Source: Kiritimatiella glycovorans (GTDB lineage Bacteria > Verrucomicrobiota > Kiritimatiellia > Kiritimatiellales > Kiritimatiellaceae). Taken from it: 32,000 bases of DNA. The position numbers and the translations under genes are program-made. Location: positions 1,800,001-1,832,000 of the forward strand of contig NZ_CP010904.1 in assembly GCF_001017655.1 (NCBI RefSeq), written 5' to 3'. Position 1 is the first letter of the stretch, and every line of letters begins with the position of its first letter. Positions 15,788 to 24,584 of the stretch are shown here, one piece after another. The notes under the pieces were generated by a model that searched no databases, was not told where the DNA came from, and saw only the letters and a list, made by a program, of their open reading frames with translations.

Positions 15788-18778
15788 TCATGCGGCGCTG
15801 TCGTCATAGGTCACACCGAAAATCGTGTCCGCCAGCCACTTCTTGAAGCCGGGGTTGTCGCTGAACTGCTTGAACAGCTCCGTGTGGTCGGACAGCATCC
15901 CGATCACCACCTTTTCCAAGGCTCGGTCGTGCTCCAGCCGCGCCGCCGATTTGCTGCTGTTCTTGATCGCGTTCAGGTATGCCTGGTCCTCTTTCACTTT
16001 GGCTGGGATGTCTTCGGTGATCACTTTGCGGATGCGGTCTGCGTCTTCCCACTCGATGTTGCCAAACCGGTCATTGAACGCTTTGATGATGTTGCTTAGC
16101 GCGTCCAATTCGGGTTCCGGCTTGCGTCCGCCGCCACTTGTCGGAACAGGGCCGATTTCGGCATCCGCATCCGGAAGCGTGAGCTGCATTGTCTGCTGCA
16201 CTTCGGCGCGGTAGCTGTCCATGTCGATGGCTTCCAGAATGCCTTTTGAAAGGTCCGGCTCAACAGGGGCTGGGAGCTTGGGAATCAGAAAATTCAGGAA
16301 GATAGACAATTTCTCCCACGCGGCGTTGGTGTATGGCAGAACCGAGGCCAGAAACTGATACGTCCGAGTGAACGTCTTGGCTTTGCCCTTGAAATCAACC
16401 TGGCCATCCTCATCAAGTTCGTCGTTGTAGACGCTCACGCATGCGTCCAGAATCGGGTCCAGCTTGTCCCGATCTTCGCCGTCGAGAAACAGCCGGACCA
16501 GTTGGTCGACCTGTTCATCGGCATACACCTGGTAACCATCCAAAGCCGCTTTGAGGTCGTGCAGCTTGTTCGGATCGGTTTCTTCGCTCAGCACCGTCGT
16601 GCGGTAGTAGTCGGAGAACGCGTCGGTGATCGTGTCCGCATCGTTCATGAAATCCAGCACGAAGGTGTCGGTCTTCTGCGGATGCGCGCGATTCAGTCGC
16701 GACAGTGTCTGCACCGCCTTGATGCCGGAAAGCACCTTGTCCACATACATTGTGTGTAGCAGCGGCTCGTCGTAGCCGGTCTGGAACTTGTCCGCAACGA
16801 TCAGAAATCGATACGGGTCTTTGCCGGGTATGCCCTTGATCTCGCCCGCTTTGATGTATTCCTCGATCTTGCCGCTCGGGAACCCGTTCATAGAGCCCTC
16901 GGTGATCTTCTTGCCATCCTGTTCGAAGTCGGAGAACGCTACGATTGCGTGGTACGGGCTCTTTCGCTCCTTGAGGTACGCCGTGACGGCGTCGTAGTAC
17001 TGGATCGCCCGCTTGATACTGCTGCAGATAATCATGGCCCGTGCCCGCCCGCCGATCTTCCGCCGAGCAATCACCTGTTCGTGAAAGTGGTCGACCATGA
17101 TCTCAGCCTTCGTCCGGATGGCGTGATCGTGCGACTCCACGTAGCGACGCAGCTTCTTCAGCGCCTTCTTTGTATCGAACTCCGGATCATCCTCGACTTC
17201 CTTGGCCAGACGACTCCAAGTGTCGACGGGGGTGTAATGCGCAAGAACATCCAGGATGAATCCTTCCTGGATCGCCTGCTTCATCGTGTAGCTATGGAAC
17301 GGCTGGTGCGGAATCTTCCCGTCCACCGGCTTGCCGGGGATGCCGAAGATCTCCAGCGTCTTGTTCTTGGGCGTGGCCGTGAATGCGAAGTAGCTGGCAT
17401 TCCCCAGCATCTTTCGCGATTCCATGATCTTGTTGACTTTGTCCTCGAAGGTCTCATCTTCTTCTTCGCCGCCCTTATCAGAAAGCGCCATGTGCATTTT
17501 CGCCGAAGTCTTCCCGCCCTGGCTGGAGTGAGCCTCGTCGATGATTATGGCAAACCGTTTCCCGCGATGCTCGTCTCCTATCTCGTCGAGGATGAACGGG
17601 AACGTCTGCACCGTGGAAATGATGATCTTCTTGCCCGCCTTCAGGAAGCTGCTGAGCTGTTGCGTCTTGCTGCCGGAGTCACCCGTTACCGCCCCGATCA
17701 CCGAGGATACTTGGGCAAACTGTTTGATCGTGTTGCGGATCTGCTTATCGAGCACGCGCCGGTCCGTGATGACCACGACGGAATCGAAAATGGCCTTGCC
17801 CCCATCCTCCAGGCCGATCAACTGATGGGCCAGCCAGGCGATGGAGTTGCTCTTGCCGCTGCCCGCCGAGTGCTGGATGAGGTACTTCTCACCCGCGCCC
17901 TTGGCGGCCGCGTCGGCCAGGAGCTTGCGGACCACGTCGAGCTGGTGATAGCGCGGGAATATCTGCTTGGGGTGTTTCTTGCGGCCGCGTTCGTCTTTCT
18001 CTTCGACGATCTCGGCGTAGTTTTCCAGCACATCTGTCAGGCCGGGCTTGGTGAGAATGCGCTTCCAGAGGTAGTCCGTCTTCAGCCCATTGGGATTGGG
18101 CGGGTTTCCGGCCCCATCATTCCAGCCCTGGTTGAAAGGCAGGAACCACGAGTCCTTGCCCTTCAGGTGCGTACACATCTGCACCTCGTGGTCGTCCACG
18201 GCAAAATGCACCACGCATCGACCGAACTTGAACAGTGGCTCGTTCGGGCTGCGATCCCGCTTGTACTGCCGCACGGCGTCATCGACCGTCTGCTTGGTCA
18301 GCGAATTCTTCAACTCGAACGTTGCTACCGGCAGACCGTTGATGAAGATGCCCATGTCCAGGGCGAGTTGAGTCTCGTCTTGGCTGTAGCGAAGCTGCCG
18401 CGTCACACTGAAGATATTGGCTGCGTGCAACTGGGCCGCCTTGGTGTTGCCCGGCGTGGGGGTCCCGTAGAACAGGTCCAAGCTCACCGGCCCATGCTTG
18501 ACGCCCTTGCGCAGCACATCGATGACGCCGCGCTTGGCTATCTCTGCGTCGAGGCGATGCAGGAACTGTGTCCGCTTTGGGCAATCCTGATCCAGCGCCA
18601 GGGTCTCGGCGGTCTCGGGCTGGGTGGCCTCCAGAAACTCGCGTAGCTTCGCCAGGTCGATTACATGCTCGCGGCCGTAGTCGGCATTGCTGCCCTGGAC
18701 GTAGCCCGCATCGTTGACGAGTGACTCGACGATCAGCGTTTCCAGCCCTTTTTCGCTAGTGTCGGTCCATGCAGTCAT
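15788..18778 (-). CDS. hsdR: Type I restriction endonuclease subunit R
   Basis: 996 aa from the ATG at 18778 (MTAWTDTSEKGLETLIVESL...). It has an N-terminal nuclease-type region (LDMGIFINGLPVATFELKN), SF2 helicase motifs (IQHSAGSGKSNSIAWLAH; FAIIIDEAHSSQ; FTATP; QTLSRLNR) and a C-terminal helical domain. The start overlaps the hsdM-S stop (ATGA). Confidence 0.9.
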   Translation of the reverse strand: MTAWTDTSEKGLETLIVESLVNDAGYVQGSNADYGREHVIDLAKLREFLEATQPETAETLALDQDCPKRTQFLHRLDAEIAKRGVIDVLRKGVKHGPVSLDLFYGTPTPGNTKAAQLHAANIFSVTRQLRYSQDETQLALDMGIFINGLPVATFELKNSLTKQTVDDAVRQYKRDRSPNEPLFKFGRCVVHFAVDDHEVQMCTHLKGKDSWFLPFNQGWNDGAGNPPNPNGLKTDYLWKRILTKPGLTDVLENYAEIVEEKDERGRKKHPKQIFPRYHQLDVVRKLLADAAAKGAGEKYLIQHSAGSGKSNSIAWLAHQLIGLEDGGKAIFDSVVVITDRRVLDKQIRNTIKQFAQVSSVIGAVTGDSGSKTQQLSSFLKAGKKIIISTVQTFPFILDEIGDEHRGKRFAIIIDEAHSSQGGKTSAKMHMALSDKGGEEEDETFEDKVNKIMESRKMLGNASYFAFTATPKNKTLEIFGIPGKPVDGKIPHQPFHSYTMKQAIQEGFILDVLAHYTPVDTWSRLAKEVEDDPEFDTKKALKKLRRYVESHDHAIRTKAEIMVDHFHEQVIARRKIGGRARAMIICSSIKRAIQYYDAVTAYLKERKSPYHAIVAFSDFEQDGKKITEGSMNGFPSGKIEEYIKAGEIKGIPGKDPYRFLIVADKFQTGYDEPLLHTMYVDKVLSGIKAVQTLSRLNRAHPQKTDTFVLDFMNDADTITDAFSDYYRTTVLSEETDPNKLHDLKAALDGYQVYADEQVDQLVRLFLDGEDRDKLDPILDACVSVYNDELDEDGQVDFKGKAKTFTRTYQFLASVLPYTNAAWEKLSIFLNFLIPKLPAPVEPDLSKGILEAIDMDSYRAEVQQTMQLTLPDADAEIGPVPTSGGGRKPEPELDALSNIIKAFNDRFGNIEWEDADRIRKVITEDIPAKVKEDQAYLNAIKNSSKSAARLEHDRALEKVVIGMLSDHTELFKQFSDNPGFKKWLADTIFGVTYDDSAA

Positions 18779-21700
18779 GACAAATTCACTCCATCCTCTG
18801 ACCGTTCCGCAACACATGGCAACTGGCCCGCTACAAGCTCATTCGCCGCGATAGCAGCCTCCTCTCGTATCGATTGGCTTAGCTGTTGATGCGTTTCTGC
18901 CAGCTGGATGAGGGATCTGATGCGATCGGCTATCTGAACCTGCTCCTCAATGGGGGGAATGGGTACCAGAATCTCTGAGAAGTCCTCGTATGTGATGTTC
19001 TTCCCTTGCCGAACTCCCGACACGGCGGTTGCAAGTTCGGCTATGAATCGCGGGGTCTTCATCAAGTATGTAAAAAACGCCTCATGAATACGGCGTTTCG
19101 GCCGCATGACAACGTAGGCTGGGCTCACGATGCCCCTACAAGCTGAGTACTCTATCCCCCCTTGGAATGAGCGGAGGCTTATAATGAAGTCCCCAGGCTG
19201 CACCAGCTTATAGCTGGATACATCGCCTCCGGGCATCACAACACTGATATCCAGCGCAGAGCGAGGCACGACCCCCTGCGACTGTGTGACCGACAATAGC
19301 TCTTCATCCGGATGGCCCTTGTCTACGACTTCCCGAAATACATGCTTGGCCTTCTCAATCTCCCAATGTGAAGGCACCCGCCCCATCCACCGCGTGCCGA
19401 TGTTGTCAATATCAGGCCCATTATCCTCCAGCGATATCGGGGTATCCTGGGTGATCGCCTGTCGCACACCCGGCAGCAGTTGCTCTCTGGTATGTGTTCT
19501 ATTATTTGCTTCAATCAGCAAGGCGTCAGTTTTAGCCGTTAGGCTATCGATGTCCTGAATGCGCGGGGGCTTAAAGAAGATCTTGTTGAATGGAATGCGA
19601 TATCCCAAGACACGTGGGACTGAGAGCCACGCATCCGATGCATGGGGTAGAATCTCGTTCTGATAGAATGCCGGTTCGCCGCCTTGGTACATCAGCGGGA
19701 TTCTCTCATGCTGCCTGAGTTCGGAATCCGGCTCGTACTCAACAACCATTGGGTTGCCGTCGCTCTCGATCTCATAGAGGCCGTAGAGCGGATCGATTTC
19801 GGCCTTGCCGGGCTTGTGGACCTTCTTGATGACCGGAGGTGCATCCTCAACCCGCCAACTCACGCTATTCAGGATGATCTTCTGCTCACCGGCGGACAGC
19901 TTGATGCCAAGATTCTTCAGCGCATCACTGACGGCATTGCGGAAGATGTTGTGATCGGTGAAGACATTCTCACCGAGTTCGTCCCGCAGGGCACGGGCGG
20001 CGTCATAGAGTTTTTTGTCCCGCTTCCAGGTGTCGGCCTTGAGCAGCTTCTTGCGTTTCTTCTCCGGGATGGCCGTTCGCTTGGGCGCATCGCTGTCTTC
20101 ATCTCCGTCGGAGTCCTCGTCCCCGTTGCCGCCCCAATCGCGGAGGGTCTGCTCGACCTGCTTGCGCACGGACGAGAAGTTCTCGAAGAGCGCATCGCCG
20201 TATTCTTCGTGCAGGGCCTGGCGGATGTCCTCGTCGCCTGAAGCGTATCGCAGGCCCTGGATTGCCTTGCGGGTCAACTGGCTGTGCAGACGAAGTGGGC
20301 GTTCGACGCGAATCTTCCAGTAGCCGAACGCGGCATTGGGGAAGATCTTCGACTGCTCGGTTTCCTCGAAGGCGAGGAATATCTCACAGATCTGCTTAAT
20401 CTGCTGGTCGGAAAACTCGCAGTTCTTCGCTCCCAGACTCTTGCGGAGGGGCTGGTGTATTTCTGTCGCGTCGATGAGTTGAATCCTACCCTTGCGGTGC
20501 ATCGGCTTCGTGTTCGTGAGCACCCAAATAAACGTCTCCATCTGGGTGTTGTAGAACATGTTGTTTGGCAGCGCGATGATCGCCTCCAGCCAGTCGTTCT
20601 CGATAATCCAGCGGCGGATGTTGGACTCGCCTTGGCCTGCGTCGCCGGTGAACAGGGACGATCCGTTGTGGACCTCTGCAATGCGGCTACCGAGGGGGCT
20701 GCGGTCAGTGGGCTCGACCATTTTCGTTAGCTTATTAACGAGGAACAGGAGCTGGCCATCGCTTGAACGGGTGATGAGGGATAGCTCGTCGCCGTCGTGC
20801 TGGACTACAAAACGGTGATCGGACATGTCCTTCTTGCCGCCCATGCGGTCGAGGTCGGTCTTCCAGCTCTTGCCGTACGGCGGATTGGAGAGCATGAAGT
20901 CGAACTCGCCGGAGGGGAAGGCGTCGCGGGAGAGCGTCGAGCCGAACTTCATGTTCTCCGCGCCCTGGCCTTCGCCCTTGAGCAGCAGGTCGGCCTTGCT
21001 GATGGCGTAGGTTTCGGGGTTGACCTCCTGGCCGAACAGGTGGATGGAGACGTCCTTGCCGCGACTGTTGGCGAGGTCGCGGAGGGTATCCTCGGCGACA
21101 GTCAGCATGCCGCCGGTGCCGCACGCGCCGTCATAGACGCGATACGTGGCGGATTGGATGTCATCGGCGATGGGCCAGAAGATCAGGTTGGCCATTAGCT
21201 TGACGACGTCGCGGGGTGTGAAGTGCTCGCCCGCCTCCTCGTTGTTCTCCTCGTTGAAGCGGCGGATCAGCTCCTCGAAGATCGTGCCCATGGCGTGGTT
21301 GTCCAGGCCGGGCAGGCGGACGGTGCCCTCGGCGTCGCGGACCGGGTGCGGGCTGAGGTTGATGTCGGGGTTAAGGAATTTCTCGATGAGCGGACCAAGC
21401 GCATCCGCGTCAACCAGCGTGGGAATCTGGTTGCGGAACTTGAATTTGTCGAGTATCTCCTGAACGTTCGGGCTGAAGCCATCGAGGTAGGCTTCAAAGT
21501 CGGCCTTGAGCTGTTGCTGCTTGGCGCGGGCCTGGAGGTCGCGAAGCGTGAACGGCGAGTCGTTATAGAAGGCGTGGTTGGCGTCGGGACCGGCGGCTTT
21601 CGACAAAGCGCCGACCTTGTTGGCGACGCCCGCCTTGTCGAGCTGTTCGCTCATCTTCAGGACGTCCTGCTTAGTGGACTCCAGGCAGGCGTCAAGACGG

Positions 21701-21822
21701 CGGATGACCGTCATGGGCAGGATCACGTCGCGATACTTACCGCGCACGTAGACGTCGCGGAGCACGTCATCCGCAATGCCCCAGATGAAATTAGCAATCC
21801 AATTCAGTTGCCCGTTTTCCAT
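18775..21822 (-). CDS. hsdM: Type I RM N6-adenine DNA methyltransferase (HsdM) fused to a single-TRD half specificity subunit (HsdS)
   Basis: 1015 aa from the ATG at 21822 (AAGGAG upstream). HsdM_N-like MENGQLNWIANFIWGIADDVLR. SAM motif VYDGACGTGGML and catalytic FDFMLSNPPYG. An acidic linker GNGDEDSDGDEDSD follows. The last ~230 aa look like one target-recognition domain (PSHWEIEKAKHVF...GDFIISLRSFQGG...) plus one conserved HsdS helix (LVPIPPIEEQVQIADRIRSLIQ). No separate hsdS gene is present. Confidence 0.85.
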   Translation of the reverse strand: MENGQLNWIANFIWGIADDVLRDVYVRGKYRDVILPMTVIRRLDACLESTKQDVLKMSEQLDKAGVANKVGALSKAAGPDANHAFYNDSPFTLRDLQARAKQQQLKADFEAYLDGFSPNVQEILDKFKFRNQIPTLVDADALGPLIEKFLNPDINLSPHPVRDAEGTVRLPGLDNHAMGTIFEELIRRFNEENNEEAGEHFTPRDVVKLMANLIFWPIADDIQSATYRVYDGACGTGGMLTVAEDTLRDLANSRGKDVSIHLFGQEVNPETYAISKADLLLKGEGQGAENMKFGSTLSRDAFPSGEFDFMLSNPPYGKSWKTDLDRMGGKKDMSDHRFVVQHDGDELSLITRSSDGQLLFLVNKLTKMVEPTDRSPLGSRIAEVHNGSSLFTGDAGQGESNIRRWIIENDWLEAIIALPNNMFYNTQMETFIWVLTNTKPMHRKGRIQLIDATEIHQPLRKSLGAKNCEFSDQQIKQICEIFLAFEETEQSKIFPNAAFGYWKIRVERPLRLHSQLTRKAIQGLRYASGDEDIRQALHEEYGDALFENFSSVRKQVEQTLRDWGGNGDEDSDGDEDSDAPKRTAIPEKKRKKLLKADTWKRDKKLYDAARALRDELGENVFTDHNIFRNAVSDALKNLGIKLSAGEQKIILNSVSWRVEDAPPVIKKVHKPGKAEIDPLYGLYEIESDGNPMVVEYEPDSELRQHERIPLMYQGGEPAFYQNEILPHASDAWLSVPRVLGYRIPFNKIFFKPPRIQDIDSLTAKTDALLIEANNRTHTREQLLPGVRQAITQDTPISLEDNGPDIDNIGTRWMGRVPSHWEIEKAKHVFREVVDKGHPDEELLSVTQSQGVVPRSALDISVVMPGGDVSSYKLVQPGDFIISLRSFQGGIEYSACRGIVSPAYVVMRPKRRIHEAFFTYLMKTPRFIAELATAVSGVRQGKNITYEDFSEILVPIPPIEEQVQIADRIRSLIQLAETHQQLSQSIREEAAIAANELVAGQLPCVAERSEDGVNLS

Positions 21823-21830
21823 GGCCTTTT

Positions 21831-22061
21831 TTACTCCTTGCGCATCTTGTCGGCATTCCCGGGTTCGGCGTCTCCGCCTGAACTCTCCCCGCCCCCTCGC
21901 CGGACCCACTCATCCACCTCCGACAGCTTGAAACGAAGCAGCCTGCCGACACGCTGCGCGGGCAGGCCCTCTTTTTCGACCCATCTATATATTGAGGGTT
22001 TCTGAACGCCCAGATGGGCGGCCACCTGATCTGCGTCGACCCACGCTTCCTGATTTGTCAT
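21831..22061 (-). CDS. Excisionase/AlpA/MerR-type helix-turn-helix DNA-binding protein (HTH_17-like)
   Basis: 76 aa. WVDADQVAAHLGVQKPSIYRWVEKEGLPAQRVGRLLRFKLSEVDEWV is the typical excisionase-family HTH. AGGAG lies upstream of the ATG at 22061. The stop is 8 nt before the hsdM-S start. Confidence 0.7.
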   Translation of the reverse strand: MTNQEAWVDADQVAAHLGVQKPSIYRWVEKEGLPAQRVGRLLRFKLSEVDEWVRRGGGESSGGDAEPGNADKMRKE

Positions 22062-22166
22062 CTCATTTACTCCTGTCCGGCACCATTTCCGATGAAGAGA
22101 CAGAACAACAATATATCAAACAGCACTGGGACTTCAAGGAAATTCCCCCAAATGACAAGAAATGGT

Positions 22167-22212
22167 TTGACAGCACTGCCGTTTAGTGTAAACTAAACAG
22201 TCTTTGGCAGTG
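22167..22212 (+). promoter_or_regulatory. Candidate sigma-70 promoter of the XRE cassette (TTGACA-16 nt-TAAACT) embedded in a nested palindrome (likely operator)
   Basis: TTGACA at 22167-22172 and TAAACT at 22189-22194. The inner inverted repeat is GTTTAGT-GTAA-ACTAAAC at 22181-22198. The outer arms are CACTGCC (22174-22180) and GGCAGTG (22206-22212). All read directly. Confidence 0.4.
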
Positions 22213-22249
22213 GAGTCGCTGACCAGGCACAGACTAATTGGAGTATGAG

Positions 22250-22612
22250 ATGACCGACAATTTGGCATTCGGAAAACGGATAAGGGAGCTGCGGGAGGAG
22301 AAGCTCAAGACGGACCCGAAATTTACGCTCCGGAAATTCGCGGAGGCGGTCGGGATAAGCCCCACGTTTTTGAGCAAGGCCGAGCGCGGCGAATTCAAAC
22401 CGCCCAAGGCGGAGAACATCATGAAGATGGCCCAGTTGCTGGACGTGGACCCGGACGAACTGCTGTCGCTGGCGAACAAGGTCGATCCGGAACTCGAGAA
22501 GATCATCAAAGAACGGCCGAAGGCCTTGCCCGATCTGCTCCGCACCGTGCGGGGCATGTCGGAAGAGGAGCTTCGCAAGCTCACGGACCGGGCACGCAAA
22601 CAAAAGGACTGA
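22250..22612 (+). CDS. XRE family helix-turn-helix transcriptional regulator
   Basis: MTDNLAFGKRIRELREEKLKTDPKFTLRKFAEAVGISPTFLSKAERGEFKPPKAENIMKMAQLLDVDPDELL is a typical HTH_3 domain. The ATG at 22250 has GGAG 6 nt upstream. The track ORF begins at an in-frame TTG at 22238. Confidence 0.85.
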   Translation: MTDNLAFGKRIRELREEKLKTDPKFTLRKFAEAVGISPTFLSKAERGEFKPPKAENIMKMAQLLDVDPDELLSLANKVDPELEKIIKERPKALPDLLRTVRGMSEEELRKLTDRARKQKD

Positions 22613-22626
22613 CACGCGGGGCGACC

Positions 22627-23328
22627 ATGGCCAAGGTGAAATACCTCCGACATAGCGAGATCGAGAACGCCGCCCTGTGCCTGCTGGCCGAGTACGGCCG
22701 CAAGTACGGGGACGTGGTCGAGCCGCCCGTGCCGGTCGAGGAGATTCTTGAGGCCCATCTCGCGCTGACGCTCGACTTCGACGACCTGGGCAAGCGTATC
22801 GGCGTGCCCGATGTGCTGGGGGCGACGTGGATTCAGGACAAGCTCGTGCTCGTCGATCAGTCGCTGGACCCGGAAGAAAACCCGACCAAGGAAGGCCGGT
22901 ATCGGTTCACGCTCGCGCATGAGCTGGGGCACTGGGAACTTCACCGCCATCACTTTCTGGCCAACGCAGGTCAGTCGTCGCTGTTCGGCGACAAGCCCGA
23001 GCCGTCCATCGTCTGCCGCACGAGTTCGCGGAAAGAACCGATGGAGTGGCAGGCCGACATGTTCTCCGGCTACCTGCTCATGCCCAAGGACATGATCTTC
23101 GCGGCGTGGGAATCGCGGTGCGGCAGCTTGGACCCGTACATCGCCAAGGATGAGATGGCCGACCTGTCGGCCAAATGGGGACTGGCGGAAGACGAGCAGC
23201 CCACGGTGGATATCGCAAAGGACCTGGCCCGGCAATTCAACGTGTCGGGGCAGGCGATGCAGATACGGTTGATCGGACTGGGCCTTATCAGGACCGAGGT
23301 GCCCGCGCCCGATCTGTTCACAGGATGA
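22627..23328 (+). CDS. ImmA/IrrE family (DUF955) zinc metallopeptidase
   Basis: 233 aa with HEXXH in RFTLAHELGHWELHRHH and the downstream conserved EWQADMFSGYLLMP. It lies directly downstream of an XRE regulator, the canonical ImmR/ImmA-type pairing. Confidence 0.85.
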   Translation: MAKVKYLRHSEIENAALCLLAEYGRKYGDVVEPPVPVEEILEAHLALTLDFDDLGKRIGVPDVLGATWIQDKLVLVDQSLDPEENPTKEGRYRFTLAHELGHWELHRHHFLANAGQSSLFGDKPEPSIVCRTSSRKEPMEWQADMFSGYLLMPKDMIFAAWESRCGSLDPYIAKDEMADLSAKWGLAEDEQPTVDIAKDLARQFNVSGQAMQIRLIGLGLIRTEVPAPDLFTG

Positions 23329-23408
23329 CTCGGTCCATATTCTTTTTTGAGGCAAGCGTTTAGTGTTTAGGCGACGCGCTACGCTGGCCTGGAAAGGAGT
23401 CCGAATCG

Positions 23409-24584
23409 ATGGCTCAGCAGTTTAACCCGAAGCGTGTGTTGCGGCAGATCTCCAATCCCCTGCTGAAGGATTTCTTCGAGCAGCAAGGCCATCCGCTTGA
23501 TGTGGAATGGGATCAGCTGAGCAACACCCAGATGGACGACGTTTTCGATGCGTGGCAGCGTCTGCCCGACGCTGACCGCAAGGCTATCGAGATCGCCTTC
23601 CATGACGTCCACGAGATGGCGAACGAGGACGGCACGCGCGTCATCATCGAGGAAGGCCAGTACCACGGCGAGGACCTTTCGCCCCTGCTCGAACCGATGG
23701 AGAGCCGGTACGACAAGGCGCTCTGGACCTTCATGAATCGCCCGGCGGTCTGGGACGCGGGGGTTCGATTCGCCAAGGCTGACACGCTCTGGGGCGGTCG
23801 GTCGTGGGTGAAGCGCGGCAACATGCCCTGCGCCGATCCGAAGTCGGACGGGGAAGCCCTACGTGAGTTCCAGGAGGCCATGTCCGCGTTCTACCGTGAC
23901 CGTCAGGGACGGGGCCATCACTGCAAGGTCGAGCATTTCCCGCGAGGCGGCGACCTGCACTACTACTTCGTTTATCTGAGCGACTACGCCGACACCTACA
24001 TCAACTTCGACGACGCCGGTCATTTTCAGCGGACGCCGGAGCGGCGTGCGTTCGAGATCGTTTTCGCCTACGACAAGGACACCTGCACGTTGGAGATGTA
24101 CGCCAAGGGCGGCAAAAAGGTCGTCGAGCCGCTGCAGCGTATCTTCTCGCGGATCATCCTGGACGAGCCGCTTCCCGCCGAGGAACCGGGCGTCCACCCC
24201 TACCAGCTCGATGGCCTGATGGACCGCAACTTCACGTTCCAGACCGATCCCGAAGATGGAATCGAACAGGTAACGCTGCGTGCGATGCGGCTGTCAATCC
24301 TGGGCCGCAAGCGCGGACGCATCACGTTGGAACCCGACCCGGAAGATGGGCGGGATCGAATCTATGAAATGCTGGAGGACGACCTGAATCGCCGCCGCTT
24401 GCCCAAGTCCATCCTGCACGTCACCAAGGCGACGATCAATTTCAAGCTGAACGGCAACGGGCACGGTCGGTCGCTGACCTTCGACGTGACGTACCCGAAC
24501 GGCTGCTCTTTGAAGAGTAAGCGCGAAGACCAGAGGCTGCTGGGCGAGAAGTATCTCAAGAGGTGGGAAATCGATGTGGCATGA
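23409..24584 (+). CDS. Hypothetical protein, 391 aa, no domain recognised
   Basis: The ATG at 23409 has AAAGGAG 8 nt upstream. Amino-acid composition is balanced and there is no internal low-complexity sequence. The stop overlaps the next ORF's start by 11 nt. Confidence 0.7.
   Translation: MAQQFNPKRVLRQISNPLLKDFFEQQGHPLDVEWDQLSNTQMDDVFDAWQRLPDADRKAIEIAFHDVHEMANEDGTRVIIEEGQYHGEDLSPLLEPMESRYDKALWTFMNRPAVWDAGVRFAKADTLWGGRSWVKRGNMPCADPKSDGEALREFQEAMSAFYRDRQGRGHHCKVEHFPRGGDLHYYFVYLSDYADTYINFDDAGHFQRTPERRAFEIVFAYDKDTCTLEMYAKGGKKVVEPLQRIFSRIILDEPLPAEEPGVHPYQLDGLMDRNFTFQTDPEDGIEQVTLRAMRLSILGRKRGRITLEPDPEDGRDRIYEMLEDDLNRRRLPKSILHVTKATINFKLNGNGHGRSLTFDVTYPNGCSLKSKREDQRLLGEKYLKRWEIDVA

Noticed and set aside
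16949-18646. 565-aa plus-strand ORF opposite hsdR, and ORFs opposite hsdM-S (19684-20241, 20284-20730, 21223-22005)
   Set aside because: These are antisense frames without motifs. The minus-strand frames carry complete helicase and methyltransferase motif sets.
22234-23355. 373-aa minus-strand ORF spanning the XRE and ImmA genes
   Set aside because: It is antisense to two genes with clear HTH and HEXXH signatures, and it spans their intergenic spacer, which a real gene would be unlikely to do.
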